From: an uncultured Planctomycetia bacterium
Lineage (GTDB): Bacteria > Omnitrophota > Gorgyraeia > 2-02-FULL-51-18 > CAYJSE01
Assembly (NCBI GenBank): GCA_964372765.1
Contig: CAYJSE010000002.1
Location: 15,125-79,124, forward strand
Length of the DNA stretch: 64,000 nucleotides
Direction of reading: 5' to 3'
A program made the translations under genes and the position numbers. This document shows, one piece after another, positions 6,966 through 16,477 of the stretch (its first letter is position 1; every line of letters starts with the position of its first letter). The notes under the pieces are model-generated. The model made no database searches. It had not been told where the DNA came from and worked only from the letters and a program-made list of their open reading frames with translations.

Positions 6966-7892
6966 ATGTCCAAGCGCTTTGTCGTGATTGTGGGTCCGAC
7001 AGGATCTGGGAAGACGGCGGTGGCGGTGGAGCTGGCACGGCGCATTCCGGCGGAGATTATCTCCTGCGACTCGATGCAGATTTATCGCGGGATGCCGATC
7101 GCGACTCAAGCGCCTTCTTTAAGAGAGCGAAAAAGTATCCCGTTTCATCTCACGGCTATTCTTCCTCAGGACTCTGAATATAGCGCCGCGCGGTTTCGGG
7201 ACGAGGCCTCGCAATCCATGCGCGAGATTTGGCATCGAAAGAAGGTGCCGCTCGTGGTCGGCGGGACGGGTTTATACTTCAGGGCGCTGTTGGACGGGCT
7301 TTTTGAGAGCCAGAAAGATGCCTCGAAAGATGAAGCGTACCGTAAAAAACTTTTGGCGCTTCACGAAGAAAAGAGTATTCCATTTTTGCATGAAAAGCTG
7401 AAAGCGGTTGATCCGATCGCAGCCGAACGGATTCATCCCAACGACATCCGGCGCATCGTGCGCGCGCTCGAGGTTTACCACAAGACGCGACGACCGATTT
7501 CCGAGCAGCAACCTAAACGAGAGGGCTTGCGCAACAAATTTCCCCACGCGATTTATTTTTTAGAAAGGGATAGGCAGGATTTGTATGAGCGTATTGAAGC
7601 GCGCGTGGATCAGATGTTCCGTAGGGGGTTGCTGCGGGAAGTAAAGGGATTGCTGGAGAAAGATTTAAGCCAGACAGCCGAATGCGCCATCGGCGTGCGC
7701 GAGATTCGCGATTACTTGGAAGGAAAAGTGGACCTCCAGCGGACAAAGGAGCTCTTAAAACAGCACACGCGCAACTACGCCAAACGCCAGATCTCCTGGT
7801 TTCGCCACGAAAAGGGCGTGACCCACATTCCCGTCGCGCCTACCGAAAAACCAGTCGAAATTGCTGAGAGAATCTTAGGTTTATGTCCATAA
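6966..7892 (+). CDS. miaA: tRNA dimethylallyltransferase MiaA
   Basis: P-loop VVIVGPTGSGKT plus ISCDSMQIYRGMPIATQ. The start is moved to the ATG at 6966 (MSKRFVVIVGPTGSGK); the upstream 17 codons are repeat-derived. Confidence 0.9.
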   Translation: MSKRFVVIVGPTGSGKTAVAVELARRIPAEIISCDSMQIYRGMPIATQAPSLRERKSIPFHLTAILPQDSEYSAARFRDEASQSMREIWHRKKVPLVVGGTGLYFRALLDGLFESQKDASKDEAYRKKLLALHEEKSIPFLHEKLKAVDPIAAERIHPNDIRRIVRALEVYHKTRRPISEQQPKREGLRNKFPHAIYFLERDRQDLYERIEARVDQMFRRGLLREVKGLLEKDLSQTAECAIGVREIRDYLEGKVDLQRTKELLKQHTRNYAKRQISWFRHEKGVTHIPVAPTEKPVEIAERILGLCP

Positions 7893-7899
7893 AATCGTG

Positions 7900-8166
7900 G
7901 GCGACGGGTCCTGCCGCTCGGCAGCCCCAAAAATTCTTGCGTAACTGCGGTTCGCTGCAAATTTTCGGGGCGCCCGCTCCGCCACAGAGCGTCGGCGGAT
8001 TCGTCCCAAAGCTCTGTGGACGGACTTCGCCAGAGCTTTGTGGCGAGCTCGCGTCACCCGTCGCCTCCGCCGAAGGCGGATCCGTCCTACGGCGGAGAAG
8101 GACAGTCCCTCGACAAGCTCGGGATGGTGAGCGAAGTCGAACCAGACCCCGAGTCAAAATCAATGG
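7900..8166. repeat. intergenic repeat element copy B (TIRs GGCGACGGGT/ACCCGTCGCC; carries an extra ~67-bp structured insert with CCACAGAGC...GCTCTGTGG inverted repeat)
   Basis: The core 7903-7976 matches copy A. The tail CGAGTCAAAATCAATGG lies at 8150-8166, immediately upstream of hflX. Confidence 0.8.
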
Positions 8167-8181
8167 GCAAGACCTGCGCTC

Positions 8182-9426
8182 ATGAAAGAAAAAGCAATCT
8201 TAGCGACGGTGCAGTTTGATCGGCAGCGCAGTGGGTGGTCGCTGGAGGACAAGGCCGCTGAGCTGTTGAGCCTGTGTGAGTCGGCGGGTCTTTCGGCGCT
8301 TCACAACTTTACTTTTCGTCAGCGTATTCCGACCGCGTCCTTGCTTTTAGGGAAGGGCAAGGTAGAGCTTTTGCAAAAGGCAGTCCGGACCGAGAGAGCG
8401 CAGGTGCTCGTTTTTGATGCGGATCTTTCGCCGAGCCAGCAGAGGAATATCGAGGAAATCGCCGATGTTAAGACCATTGACCGCACTCAGCTTATCCTGG
8501 ACATTTTCGCTCAGCGCGCGAAGTCCAGCGAAGGTAAGCTTCAGGTGGAGTTGGCCCAGCTGCGTTATCTTTTACCGCGATTGTCCGGCCAGGGGATTTA
8601 TCTTTCGCGGCTCGGGGGCGGTATCGGCACGCGCGGACCGGGTGAACAAAAGCTAGAAGTGGACCGTCGCCGCATCCGTGAACGCATCACGAAGCTGTCC
8701 CGCCAACTGCAAGGTCTCCAGCAAAAGCGCCAGTCGGCGCTTGCCAGGAAAAGAGAAATCGAGTTCCCGGTCGTCGCTCTCGTGGGCTACACCAACGCGG
8801 GAAAGTCGAGTCTATTCAACGCACTGACACGCTCGCGCATGGTCGTGAAAGATCAGCTTTTCTCAACACTCGACACCACCACGCGCGGACTGGCGCTGCC
8901 CGATGGGCAGAAGGTGTTGCTCGTCGACACCGTCGGATTTTTAAGCGGGTTACCGCATCACCTGATCGAGTCGTTCAAGGCCACTCTTGAGGAAACGGTG
9001 GAGGCGGATTTGTTGCTGCATGTCATAGACTCGAGCCGCAGCGATTGGCAGGTTTTGGAAAGGGCCGTTCATGAGGTGCTGGCCCAGCTCGGCGCCGATC
9101 CAAAACCGATGATTCGAGTGTTTAATAAAATCGATGTAGGTCGCTCCTACGCCGCCGCCAAAGATGCAGTTTTCGTTTCTGCCCTCACAGGCCAGGGTTT
9201 GGACGCCTTGCTTGGACGTATCGCTGTGGCTTTCTCAGCCCGTCGCCAGAGACGGAAACTCTTTGTCCCCAACACTTCCCTAGGGTTAACCGGCTTCCTA
9301 TATAGGGCCGCCCACGTGGTGACTCGGGAAAACACCCCGGAGGGCGCTTACTTTACCGTGGATATTACCCCTCAAGCGGAGGGTGTCTTCAAGAAGGGGT
9401 TGACAAGGGGTTCCTTGATGTTGTAA
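8182..9426 (+). CDS. hflX: GTPase HflX
   Basis: N-terminal HflX domain, G-domain motifs GYTNAGKSSLFNALT and DTVGF, and NKID. Confidence 0.9.
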   Translation: MKEKAILATVQFDRQRSGWSLEDKAAELLSLCESAGLSALHNFTFRQRIPTASLLLGKGKVELLQKAVRTERAQVLVFDADLSPSQQRNIEEIADVKTIDRTQLILDIFAQRAKSSEGKLQVELAQLRYLLPRLSGQGIYLSRLGGGIGTRGPGEQKLEVDRRRIRERITKLSRQLQGLQQKRQSALARKREIEFPVVALVGYTNAGKSSLFNALTRSRMVVKDQLFSTLDTTTRGLALPDGQKVLLVDTVGFLSGLPHHLIESFKATLEETVEADLLLHVIDSSRSDWQVLERAVHEVLAQLGADPKPMIRVFNKIDVGRSYAAAKDAVFVSALTGQGLDALLGRIAVAFSARRQRRKLFVPNTSLGLTGFLYRAAHVVTRENTPEGAYFTVDITPQAEGVFKKGLTRGSLML

Positions 9427-9433
9427 GCTATGG

Positions 9434-9460
9434 TTAGCACTCAAGACTTTAGAGTGCTAA
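9434..9460 (+). promoter_or_regulatory. CIRCE operator (TTAGCACTC-N9-GAGTGCTAA), HrcA binding site
   Basis: A perfect match to the CIRCE consensus 19 nt upstream of hrcA. It is followed by the SD AAAGGAGAAAG. Confidence 0.95.
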
Positions 9461-9478
9461 CTAAAGGAGAAAGAGGGC

Positions 9479-10303
9479 ATGACCGAGAAACAAAGAGCCC
9501 AGGGTCGTAAGGATCGTGTTTTTGATGTGATCGTTCGCTCCTATATTGATACAGCCGAACCGGTCGGCTCCAAGGCCGTGTGCCAGAGATCCGATTTAGG
9601 CCTTTCTTCGGCTTCGATTCGCAATGTGATGGCCGAGCTGGAGCAGCAGGGTTTTATCCAGCAACCCCACACCTCGGCAGGCCGTGTTCCGACGGATCGG
9701 GGTTACCGCTATTATGTGGATTTTTTGATGGAGCCGGAAGAGCTCTCAGCCGAAGAGATTCGCTGGATCCATGAGGAGCTCGCATGCCAGCGCTCGGTTG
9801 AGGCCATGGCTGAAAAGGCCTCTAAAATCATATCGCGCCTGACGCACAACGCGGCACTCGTGTATTTCCGCAATATGAGGCGCGTGTCGTTTTTAAACTA
9901 TCTATTGGAAGAGCTCGTCGAGGCGCAGAAATTGGATCAGTTCCTCGAAGAGGACGACGAGCTTTTCGTGGAGGGAATCTTTCGGATGTTCGAACAGCCC
10001 GAGTTTCATGACACACGCAAATGGAGACACCTCTTGCAGGCGTTTGATGAGAAAGACGACTTCATCCATATTTTTTCGAAAGAGGAGAGAGGCGAATCCG
10101 ATGCGGTGCGCGTGCAGATCGGCCACGAAAATGAGCTCGAGGATTTGGACGACGTGAGCGTCGTGGCCAAGGATTATTTCGTGCGCGAGACGCCGATTGG
10201 CGGCATCGCGGTGGTGGGGCCGACACGCATGCGGTACGCGAAGATTGTGCCGCTCGTGAACCACATCGCCGGCGCGATCAGCCGGCGCATCCAGGAGTTT
10301 TAG
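9479..10303 (+). CDS. hrcA: heat-inducible transcription repressor HrcA
   Basis: N-terminal winged HTH (YIDTAEPVGSKAV). It sits in a CIRCE-hrcA-grpE-dnaK context. Confidence 0.9.
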   Translation: MTEKQRAQGRKDRVFDVIVRSYIDTAEPVGSKAVCQRSDLGLSSASIRNVMAELEQQGFIQQPHTSAGRVPTDRGYRYYVDFLMEPEELSAEEIRWIHEELACQRSVEAMAEKASKIISRLTHNAALVYFRNMRRVSFLNYLLEELVEAQKLDQFLEEDDELFVEGIFRMFEQPEFHDTRKWRHLLQAFDEKDDFIHIFSKEERGESDAVRVQIGHENELEDLDDVSVVAKDYFVRETPIGGIAVVGPTRMRYAKIVPLVNHIAGAISRRIQEF

Positions 10304-10305
10304 AA

Positions 10306-10803
10306 ATGAGCGATAAAAAACATCCAGCGCCGGAAACAGAAGGCGAGACGGAGTCTCCGGAAGCCCAAAAGGCCCGCGAGCATCAGGACCAGCTCTTGAG
10401 ACTGCGCGCGGATTTTGAAAATACAAAAAAGCGGCTTGAGCGCGAAAAACAGGATGCGATCAAGTTCGCGAATGAACGGCTACTTTTGGAAGTGCTGCCC
10501 GTTGTGGACAATTTTGACCGGGCGATGGACAGTCTGACTCAAGGCCACGACCCGCAGAAAGTGAAGGACGGTTTGAAGATCGCCCAAGACGAACTGCATG
10601 AGATTTTGGAAGCGCATGGTGTGAAGCTGATCGAAAGTTTAGGCCAACAGTTTGATCCCCAGTTTCATGAAGCGGTGGGGACCGTGGAAACCGCGAGTGA
10701 AGACGAGGGGGTTGTGGTGGAGGAAATCCAGAGAGGTTACACGCTGAACGGGCGCTTGATTCGCCCGAGCCGCGTCAAAATTTCCAAGAAAAAGGAGGCT
10801 TGA
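10306..10803 (+). CDS. grpE: nucleotide exchange factor GrpE
   Basis: A coiled-coil N-terminus, [13 protein letters not shown] and the GrpE signature region. Confidence 0.9.
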   Translation: MSDKKHPAPETEGETESPEAQKAREHQDQLLRLRADFENTKKRLEREKQDAIKFANERLLLEVLPVVDNFDRAMDSLTQGHDPQKVKDGLKIAQDELHEILEAHGVKLIESLGQQFDPQFHEAVGTVETASEDEGVVVEEIQRGYTLNGRLIRPSRVKISKKKEA

Positions 10804-10808
10804 ATCCA

Positions 10809-12719
10809 ATGGCAACGGAGAAAATTATCGGGATTGATTTGGGGACTACCAATTCGTGCGTGGCGGTGATGGAGAGCGGTGAGCCGACGGTGATCGCCAA
10901 CTCCGAAGGCGCGCGTACGACGCCGTCGGTGGTCGGTTTCACGAAAAACGGTGAGCGGCTGGTGGGTCAGGCGGCGAAGCGCCAGGCGATCACCAACCCT
11001 GAAAACACGATCTTTTCGATCAAGCGCTTTATGGGGCGCCGGCACGAAGAGGTTCTGGCCGAGGAAAAGCTCGTGCCCTACAAGATTACGGAAGGATCCG
11101 GAGGCGATCTACGCGTGAAGGCCGGAGGCAAGGAGTGGGCGCCGCCGGAGATTTCGGCCGTGATCCTGCAGAAAATGAAGCAGACCGCCGAGGATTATCT
11201 CGGGCAAAAGGTGACCAAGGCTGTGATCACGGTGCCGGCGTACTTCAACGACGCCCAGCGCCAGGCCACGAAAGACGCCGGCAAAATCGCGGGGCTTGAA
11301 GTGCTGCGTATTATCAATGAGCCCACCGCGGCGGCGCTGGCTTATGGCCTCGATAAAAAGAAAAATGAAAAGATCGCCGTGTATGACTTGGGCGGCGGCA
11401 CGTTTGACGTTTCGATCCTAGAAATTGGGGACGGTGTGTTTGAAGTGCGCTCCACGAACGGCGATACGCATTTGGGCGGCGATGATTTTGACCAGAAGAT
11501 CATGGACTGGCTCGCCGATGAATTTAAAAAGGAAAGCGGCATTGATCTTCGCAAAGACCGCATGGCGCTTCAGCGCCTGAAGGAGGGAGCGGAGAAGGCC
11601 AAGTGCGAGCTGTCCAGCAATCAGCAGACCGAGATCAATCTGCCGTTTATCACGGCGGATGCGAGCGGGCCAAAGCATCTCACGATGACCTTGACGCGCG
11701 CGAAGTTGGAACAGCTCGTGGACGGGCTTGTCCAGCGAACCATCGAGCCGTGCAAGCGCGCTCTGGCGGACGCCAAGCTTAAGCCCGAGGATATCAACGA
11801 GGTGGTGCTTGTCGGTGGTCAGACGCGCATGCCGAAGGTCCAGGAAATCGTGCAGCAGCTATTTAAAAAAGAGCCGCACAGGGGTGTGAATCCGGATGAG
11901 GTAGTGGCCGTGGGCGCCGCGATCCAGGGCGGTGTGTTGGCAGGCGATGTAAAAGACGTGCTGTTACTCGATGTGACACCGCTGTCGCTCGGTATCGAGA
12001 CGCTGGGCGGCGTGTGCACCAAGCTCATCGAGCGCAACACGACGATTCCGACCAAAAAAAGCCAGACTTTCTCAACGGCAGCGGATGGACAGACGGCTGT
12101 GTCGATCCATGTATTGCAGGGAGAGCGCGAGATGGCTGAGGACAATCGCACGCTCGGCCGATTTGATCTCGTGGGTATTCCGCCGGCGCCGCGCGGCATT
12201 CCGCAGATTGAGGTGACGTTTGACATCGACGCCAATGGCATCACGCACGTGTCGGCGAAAGACTTAGGTACCGGCAAAGAGCAAAAGATCCGTATTGAGT
12301 CTTCGAGCGGCTTGGCGAAAGACGAGGTCGAGAAGATGACCAAAGACGCCACCGCGCATGCCGAGGACGATAAAAAGAAGCGCGAGCTCGTCGAAGCGCA
12401 TAACCGACTCGACAACCTTGTCTACACGGCGGAGAAGTCGCTTAAAGAACTGGGCGATAAAGTGTCCGCCGAAGACAAGGAAAAAGTCGAGGCCGCCGTG
12501 AAAGAAGCGCGCGAAGCGCTGAGCGGCAAGGATCTCGCGGCGATTAAAAAAGCCGAAGAGAACCTGACCAAGGCCTCCTACAAAATCGCCGAAGAGATGT
12601 ACAAAAATGCCGGCGCCAAGGCGCAAGCCGGTGCAGCCGGACAAGAGGCTCCGAAATCCGAAGGCAAGGACAAAGATGATGTGGTGGATGCGGAGTACAA
12701 GGTTGAAGACGATAAATAG
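10809..12719 (+). CDS. dnaK: chaperone DnaK (Hsp70)
   Basis: [24 protein letters not shown] and an EEVD-less acidic C-terminus. The start is set to the ATG at 10809, 10 nt after the SD AAAAAGGAGG. Confidence 0.97.
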   Translation: MATEKIIGIDLGTTNSCVAVMESGEPTVIANSEGARTTPSVVGFTKNGERLVGQAAKRQAITNPENTIFSIKRFMGRRHEEVLAEEKLVPYKITEGSGGDLRVKAGGKEWAPPEISAVILQKMKQTAEDYLGQKVTKAVITVPAYFNDAQRQATKDAGKIAGLEVLRIINEPTAAALAYGLDKKKNEKIAVYDLGGGTFDVSILEIGDGVFEVRSTNGDTHLGGDDFDQKIMDWLADEFKKESGIDLRKDRMALQRLKEGAEKAKCELSSNQQTEINLPFITADASGPKHLTMTLTRAKLEQLVDGLVQRTIEPCKRALADAKLKPEDINEVVLVGGQTRMPKVQEIVQQLFKKEPHRGVNPDEVVAVGAAIQGGVLAGDVKDVLLLDVTPLSLGIETLGGVCTKLIERNTTIPTKKSQTFSTAADGQTAVSIHVLQGEREMAEDNRTLGRFDLVGIPPAPRGIPQIEVTFDIDANGITHVSAKDLGTGKEQKIRIESSSGLAKDEVEKMTKDATAHAEDDKKKRELVEAHNRLDNLVYTAEKSLKELGDKVSAEDKEKVEAAVKEAREALSGKDLAAIKKAEENLTKASYKIAEEMYKNAGAKAQAGAAGQEAPKSEGKDKDDVVDAEYKVEDDK

Positions 12720-12814
12720 GGCGGCGGGTGATTCACCCTAACACCCCAGATCCCATTCGGGACGCAAGGCGTGTCGGTCAAGAAAGGGCTGACTTCAATC
12801 ATTGGTTAGTATAG

Positions 12815-12830
12815 CCATATTTTTATATGG
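12815..12830 (+). promoter_or_regulatory. operator-like palindrome CCATAT-TTTT-ATATGG upstream of brnTA, followed by a -10 TATACT (12851-12856)
   Basis: A perfect 6+6 inverted repeat lies ~30 nt upstream of the brnT ATG. This is typical of autoregulated type II TA promoters. Confidence 0.4.
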
Positions 12831-12863
12831 TAAAAAAGCCATACATCGTGTATACTTGCATTG

Positions 12864-13148
12864 ATGGTTGACTTTGAGTGGGACGCCAAGAAGGATGCGG
12901 AAAATCAGGCTAAGCATGGCGTCTCGTTTGAGGTGGCGCAATACGCTTTCTCAGACCCTTATCGTGTTATTGCGCACGATTTAGAACACAGCAAAGAAGA
13001 GAGCCGGTTTTACTGTTTCGGGAAGGTGGGGGACGGTATCCTAACAATCCGTTTTACTTATCGAAATGGTGCGATTCGGATACTCGGGGCCGGATATTGG
13101 AGGAAGGGCAGGAGGGCTTATGAAGCACAAAATAAAATACACGGATGA
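12864..13148 (+). CDS. brnT: BrnT-family ribonuclease toxin (DUF497)
   Basis: VDFEWDAKKDAENQAKHGVSFEVAQYAFSDPYRV matches the BrnT signature (FEWD..K...N..KHG.SFEEA...F.DP). Confidence 0.75.
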   Translation: MVDFEWDAKKDAENQAKHGVSFEVAQYAFSDPYRVIAHDLEHSKEESRFYCFGKVGDGILTIRFTYRNGAIRILGAGYWRKGRRAYEAQNKIHG

Positions 13149-13353
13149 ACCGATGGGGAAGCTAAAGGTGATTAAGGATTTTTTGCCTCCGCCGGAGGAA
13201 CTCGTTTTTAAAGAAGAGCCGGTGAAGGTTACGATGGTGTTGAGCAAGTCCAGCGTTCAGTTCTTCAAAAAGACAGCGCGCAAATATCATGCGCCATACC
13301 AGAAAATTATCCGATCACTACTCGACACCTACGCGGCTCATTATGCCGTGTAG
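13120..13353 (+). CDS. brnA: BrnA-family antitoxin (RHH-type)
   Basis: The C-terminal KVTMVLSKSSVQFFKKTARKYHAPYQKIIRSLLDTY matches the BrnA pattern. A strong SD GGAGGAAGGG precedes the ATG at 13120. The gene overlaps the brnT 3' end. Confidence 0.65.
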   Translation: MKHKIKYTDEPMGKLKVIKDFLPPPEELVFKEEPVKVTMVLSKSSVQFFKKTARKYHAPYQKIIRSLLDTYAAHYAV

Positions 13354-13404
13354 ATCTAGAAAGCTTGGGAGATGTCTTCTGCCAGAGAGTTAATCTAAGG
13401 CGAT

Positions 13405-14517
13405 ATGTCAAAGAAAGACTATTACGAATTGTTGGGGGTGGCGAAGTCGACGGGGGAGGATGAGCTAAAAAAAGCTTATCGCAAGAAGGCGCTGGAGCTG
13501 CATCCCGACCGCAATCCCGGAGACAAGAAGGCCGAGGAGAAGTTTAAGGAAGTCACCGAGGCCTATCAAGTTTTAGCGGATCCCAAGAAGCGGCAGGTTT
13601 ACGACCAGTACGGCCATGAAGGCCTGGCCGGTGGCGGGTTTCAGGGAGCCGGAGACTTCACGGGCTTCGGCGACGTGTTTACGGATATCTTTGAGGATTT
13701 TTTCGGCGCTTCGGGCGGGGGCCGGCGCCGCATGCGTCCTCAAGCCGGCCGCGATTTGCAGCACGATTTGAAGATTTCCTTCGCAGAAGCCGTGTTTGGC
13801 TGCAAAAAAAACTTTACGATTCGTCGGGAAGAGTGCTGCCAGGAGTGTAAGGGCGACGGCGCTAAGCCCGGCACCTCGCACTCCACCTGCCCCAAGTGTC
13901 GCGGCACGGGGCAGATTCTCGCCTCCAGCGGTTTTTTCAGCATCGCGCGCACTTGTGACCGCTGTCGAGGCGCCGGTAGTTTTATCGCGCATCCGTGCAC
14001 CGTTTGTCATGGCGAAGGACGCGTGCTGGCCGATCGCAAGATGGATATCAAGATTCCGGCGGGTGTGGATACGGGTTCGCGCCTTCGGATGACCGGAGAG
14101 GGCGAGGCCGGATCCCGCGGCGGCCCGCGCGGTGATCTCTATGTCGATATTCATGCGGAGCCGCATGCGATTTTTACGCGTCAAGGGACGACGATACTGT
14201 GCGAGATGCCCGTTAGCTTTACCCAGGCCGCGCTCGGCGCCGAAATGGAGGTGCCCACACTGACGGGACCGGTGACTTTAAAAGTTCCCGCCGGAACCCA
14301 AAGCGGTAAAGTTTTTAAGTTGAAGGGCAAAGGCAGCGCGTCTTTAAACGGGCACGGGATCGGGGACGAAGAGGTGAGGATTTTGGTCGAGATCCCGACG
14401 CACTTGTCCGAGAAACAAAAAGAGCTCTTGAAGCAGTTTGCGTTGGACTCCGGCGAAAAAGTTCACCCGATTCAGTCTGGTTTTATGAAGAAAGTAAAAG
14501 AGTTATTTAACAAGTAG
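13405..14517 (+). CDS. dnaJ: co-chaperone DnaJ
   Basis: J-domain with HPDRNPGD, a G/F-rich region and four CxxCxGxG zinc-finger repeats. Confidence 0.95.
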   Translation: MSKKDYYELLGVAKSTGEDELKKAYRKKALELHPDRNPGDKKAEEKFKEVTEAYQVLADPKKRQVYDQYGHEGLAGGGFQGAGDFTGFGDVFTDIFEDFFGASGGGRRRMRPQAGRDLQHDLKISFAEAVFGCKKNFTIRREECCQECKGDGAKPGTSHSTCPKCRGTGQILASSGFFSIARTCDRCRGAGSFIAHPCTVCHGEGRVLADRKMDIKIPAGVDTGSRLRMTGEGEAGSRGGPRGDLYVDIHAEPHAIFTRQGTTILCEMPVSFTQAALGAEMEVPTLTGPVTLKVPAGTQSGKVFKLKGKGSASLNGHGIGDEEVRILVEIPTHLSEKQKELLKQFALDSGEKVHPIQSGFMKKVKELFNK

Positions 14518-14533
14518 TGATAAAATCTCCCGC

Positions 14534-15757
14534 ATGCCTGAAATCAAAGCGTTTCGCGGATGGCGGTATAATGCCGCGCTGATCAAGAATCTCACCAAAG
14601 TTTACGCGCCGCCTTACGACGTTATCTCCAAAAAAGAGCAAGAAGCGCTTTACAAGAAAAATCCTTACAATGTGGTGCGCCTGGAGCTTGGGCAATCCAC
14701 GCCTTACGATCATCCCAAAAATAATATCTACACGCGCGCCGCGGATTTCTTGAAGCGCTGGATCTCGCTTCGCGTGTTGACACAGGATGAGATCCCGGCC
14801 ATTTACGTCTATCGCCAGGATTATGAAAGAGAAGTTCGCGTCGGCTTTTTGGCCGCGATGAAGCTGGACGATCGCTGGGTGATGAAGCATGAAAACACGC
14901 TGGTCGCGCCCAAAAAAGACCGCCTGGAGCTGATCAAAAATGTCCGGACAAACTTGAGCCCCATTTTTGGTTTATTCGAAGACAAAAAAGGCTCTGTCCA
15001 GAGGTTTTTAAAATCGGCGATGGAGTTTCCCCCGGCGGTGGACGTCACGATGGATCGAATACGGCATCGCCTCTATTTGGAGCAAAGGCCCGATCAGATT
15101 GCCGCGATTTGCCGCGCCATCAAAAATCTGCCGATGTTGATCGCCGACGGCCACCACCGGTTTGAAGTTGCCTGTCAGTATCGGCAATGGATGCAGAATG
15201 GGGCAGGCGCCCAGGCGCCCTGGAACTACGCGATGGTGTATTTTTCGGACTACGCGCACAATCCGTTCACGATTTGGCCGACACATCGGTTGGTGAATAT
15301 CGGAAAACGGAATGTCGCGCAAATTTTAAAAACGCGCGGGGTTTTGCGTAAAGTTTCTAATCTAAAATCCGTTTTGTCCGCATTGAAAAAATCATATTCA
15401 TTTGGAGTCTATACAAAAAAGGACGGATTTTTCATTTTTACGCTGGATAAAAAATTTTATTCTCAGATCAAAAAAAATCCGGTCGACATTCTGGACGTTG
15501 CGGTGTTGCACAGCCTGCTTTTAAAGCCATGTTTTGGCATTGAAAAAATTGAAAAATCGAAGCAGATTGATTTTACGCGCAGTGCCGAAGAAGCGGTTGC
15601 CCGCGTGAAAAAAGGCGAGTTTCAAGCCGCGTTTTTCTTAAAGGCAACTTCGCTCGACGAAATGGTCCGAGCGTCGAAGGCGGGTCTTAAGATGCCGCAG
15701 AAATCCACGTATTTTTACCCGAAGCTGCTCTCGGGACTTGTGTTTCACAAACATTAA
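14534..15757 (+). CDS. DUF1015 family protein (function unknown)
   Basis: The MPEIKAFRGWRYN start and ~400-aa length are consistent with DUF1015. The assignment is from memory. Confidence 0.5.
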   Translation: MPEIKAFRGWRYNAALIKNLTKVYAPPYDVISKKEQEALYKKNPYNVVRLELGQSTPYDHPKNNIYTRAADFLKRWISLRVLTQDEIPAIYVYRQDYEREVRVGFLAAMKLDDRWVMKHENTLVAPKKDRLELIKNVRTNLSPIFGLFEDKKGSVQRFLKSAMEFPPAVDVTMDRIRHRLYLEQRPDQIAAICRAIKNLPMLIADGHHRFEVACQYRQWMQNGAGAQAPWNYAMVYFSDYAHNPFTIWPTHRLVNIGKRNVAQILKTRGVLRKVSNLKSVLSALKKSYSFGVYTKKDGFFIFTLDKKFYSQIKKNPVDILDVAVLHSLLLKPCFGIEKIEKSKQIDFTRSAEEAVARVKKGEFQAAFFLKATSLDEMVRASKAGLKMPQKSTYFYPKLLSGLVFHKH

Positions 15758-16456
15758 ATGCTGAAGTCCCTCTCCATCACATTTCCCTGCTACAACGAGG
15801 CGGCCAATGTTGGTTCTATGATCGAACAGGCCATTGAGCTGGGCGAAAAGTATCAGCTCGACTATGAAGTGGTGGTGGTGGACGACGGCTCGAAAGACGA
15901 CTCCGCGCGGATTGTGCGTGAGTGGTGCGGGAAAAATCAGCGGGTGGTGCTGGTCCAGCATCCACACAATCAGGGCTACGGCGCCGCGGTCCGGACCGCG
16001 CTGAAGAGCGCGAAGAAAGAGTTTGTGTTTTTCACCGATGGAGACAATCAGTTCCGGCCCTCCGACATCGAAAAGCTTTTTTCTAAAATGTCGGACGCGG
16101 ACATTGTGGTCGGCTACCGGATCTCCCGTCAGGATAAATCCTACCGGCGCGTGAACGGATTTTTATGGACGTGGTTGAGCCGCGTTCTTTTCGGCCTGCC
16201 GGTGCGTGATGTGGACTGCGCGTTCAAGCTTTTTCCGCGAAAGGCGCTGGAAAATCTGGAACCCAAGGCCAATCACCTGCTGATCCACGCCGAAATCCTA
16301 GCTCGCTTGAAGCGCCGGGGTTATACGATCACCGAGGTGGGGATCCCGCATTACCCCCGCACCGCGGGTCAAGCGACGGCCACGCGGCCCGCCGCGCTTT
16401 TTAAATCAGTTTTAGAACTTGTGAAATTATACTGGAGCATTGCGACAAGCGCATAG
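15758..16456 (+). CDS. family 2 glycosyltransferase (dolichyl/polyprenyl-phosphate sugar transferase-like)
   Basis: SITFPCYNEAANV, DDGSKDDS and a TDGD (DxD-like) motif. Confidence 0.8.
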   Translation: MLKSLSITFPCYNEAANVGSMIEQAIELGEKYQLDYEVVVVDDGSKDDSARIVREWCGKNQRVVLVQHPHNQGYGAAVRTALKSAKKEFVFFTDGDNQFRPSDIEKLFSKMSDADIVVGYRISRQDKSYRRVNGFLWTWLSRVLFGLPVRDVDCAFKLFPRKALENLEPKANHLLIHAEILARLKRRGYTITEVGIPHYPRTAGQATATRPAALFKSVLELVKLYWSIATSA

Positions 16457-16477
16457 CTGTGCTAGAATCCACACTTT

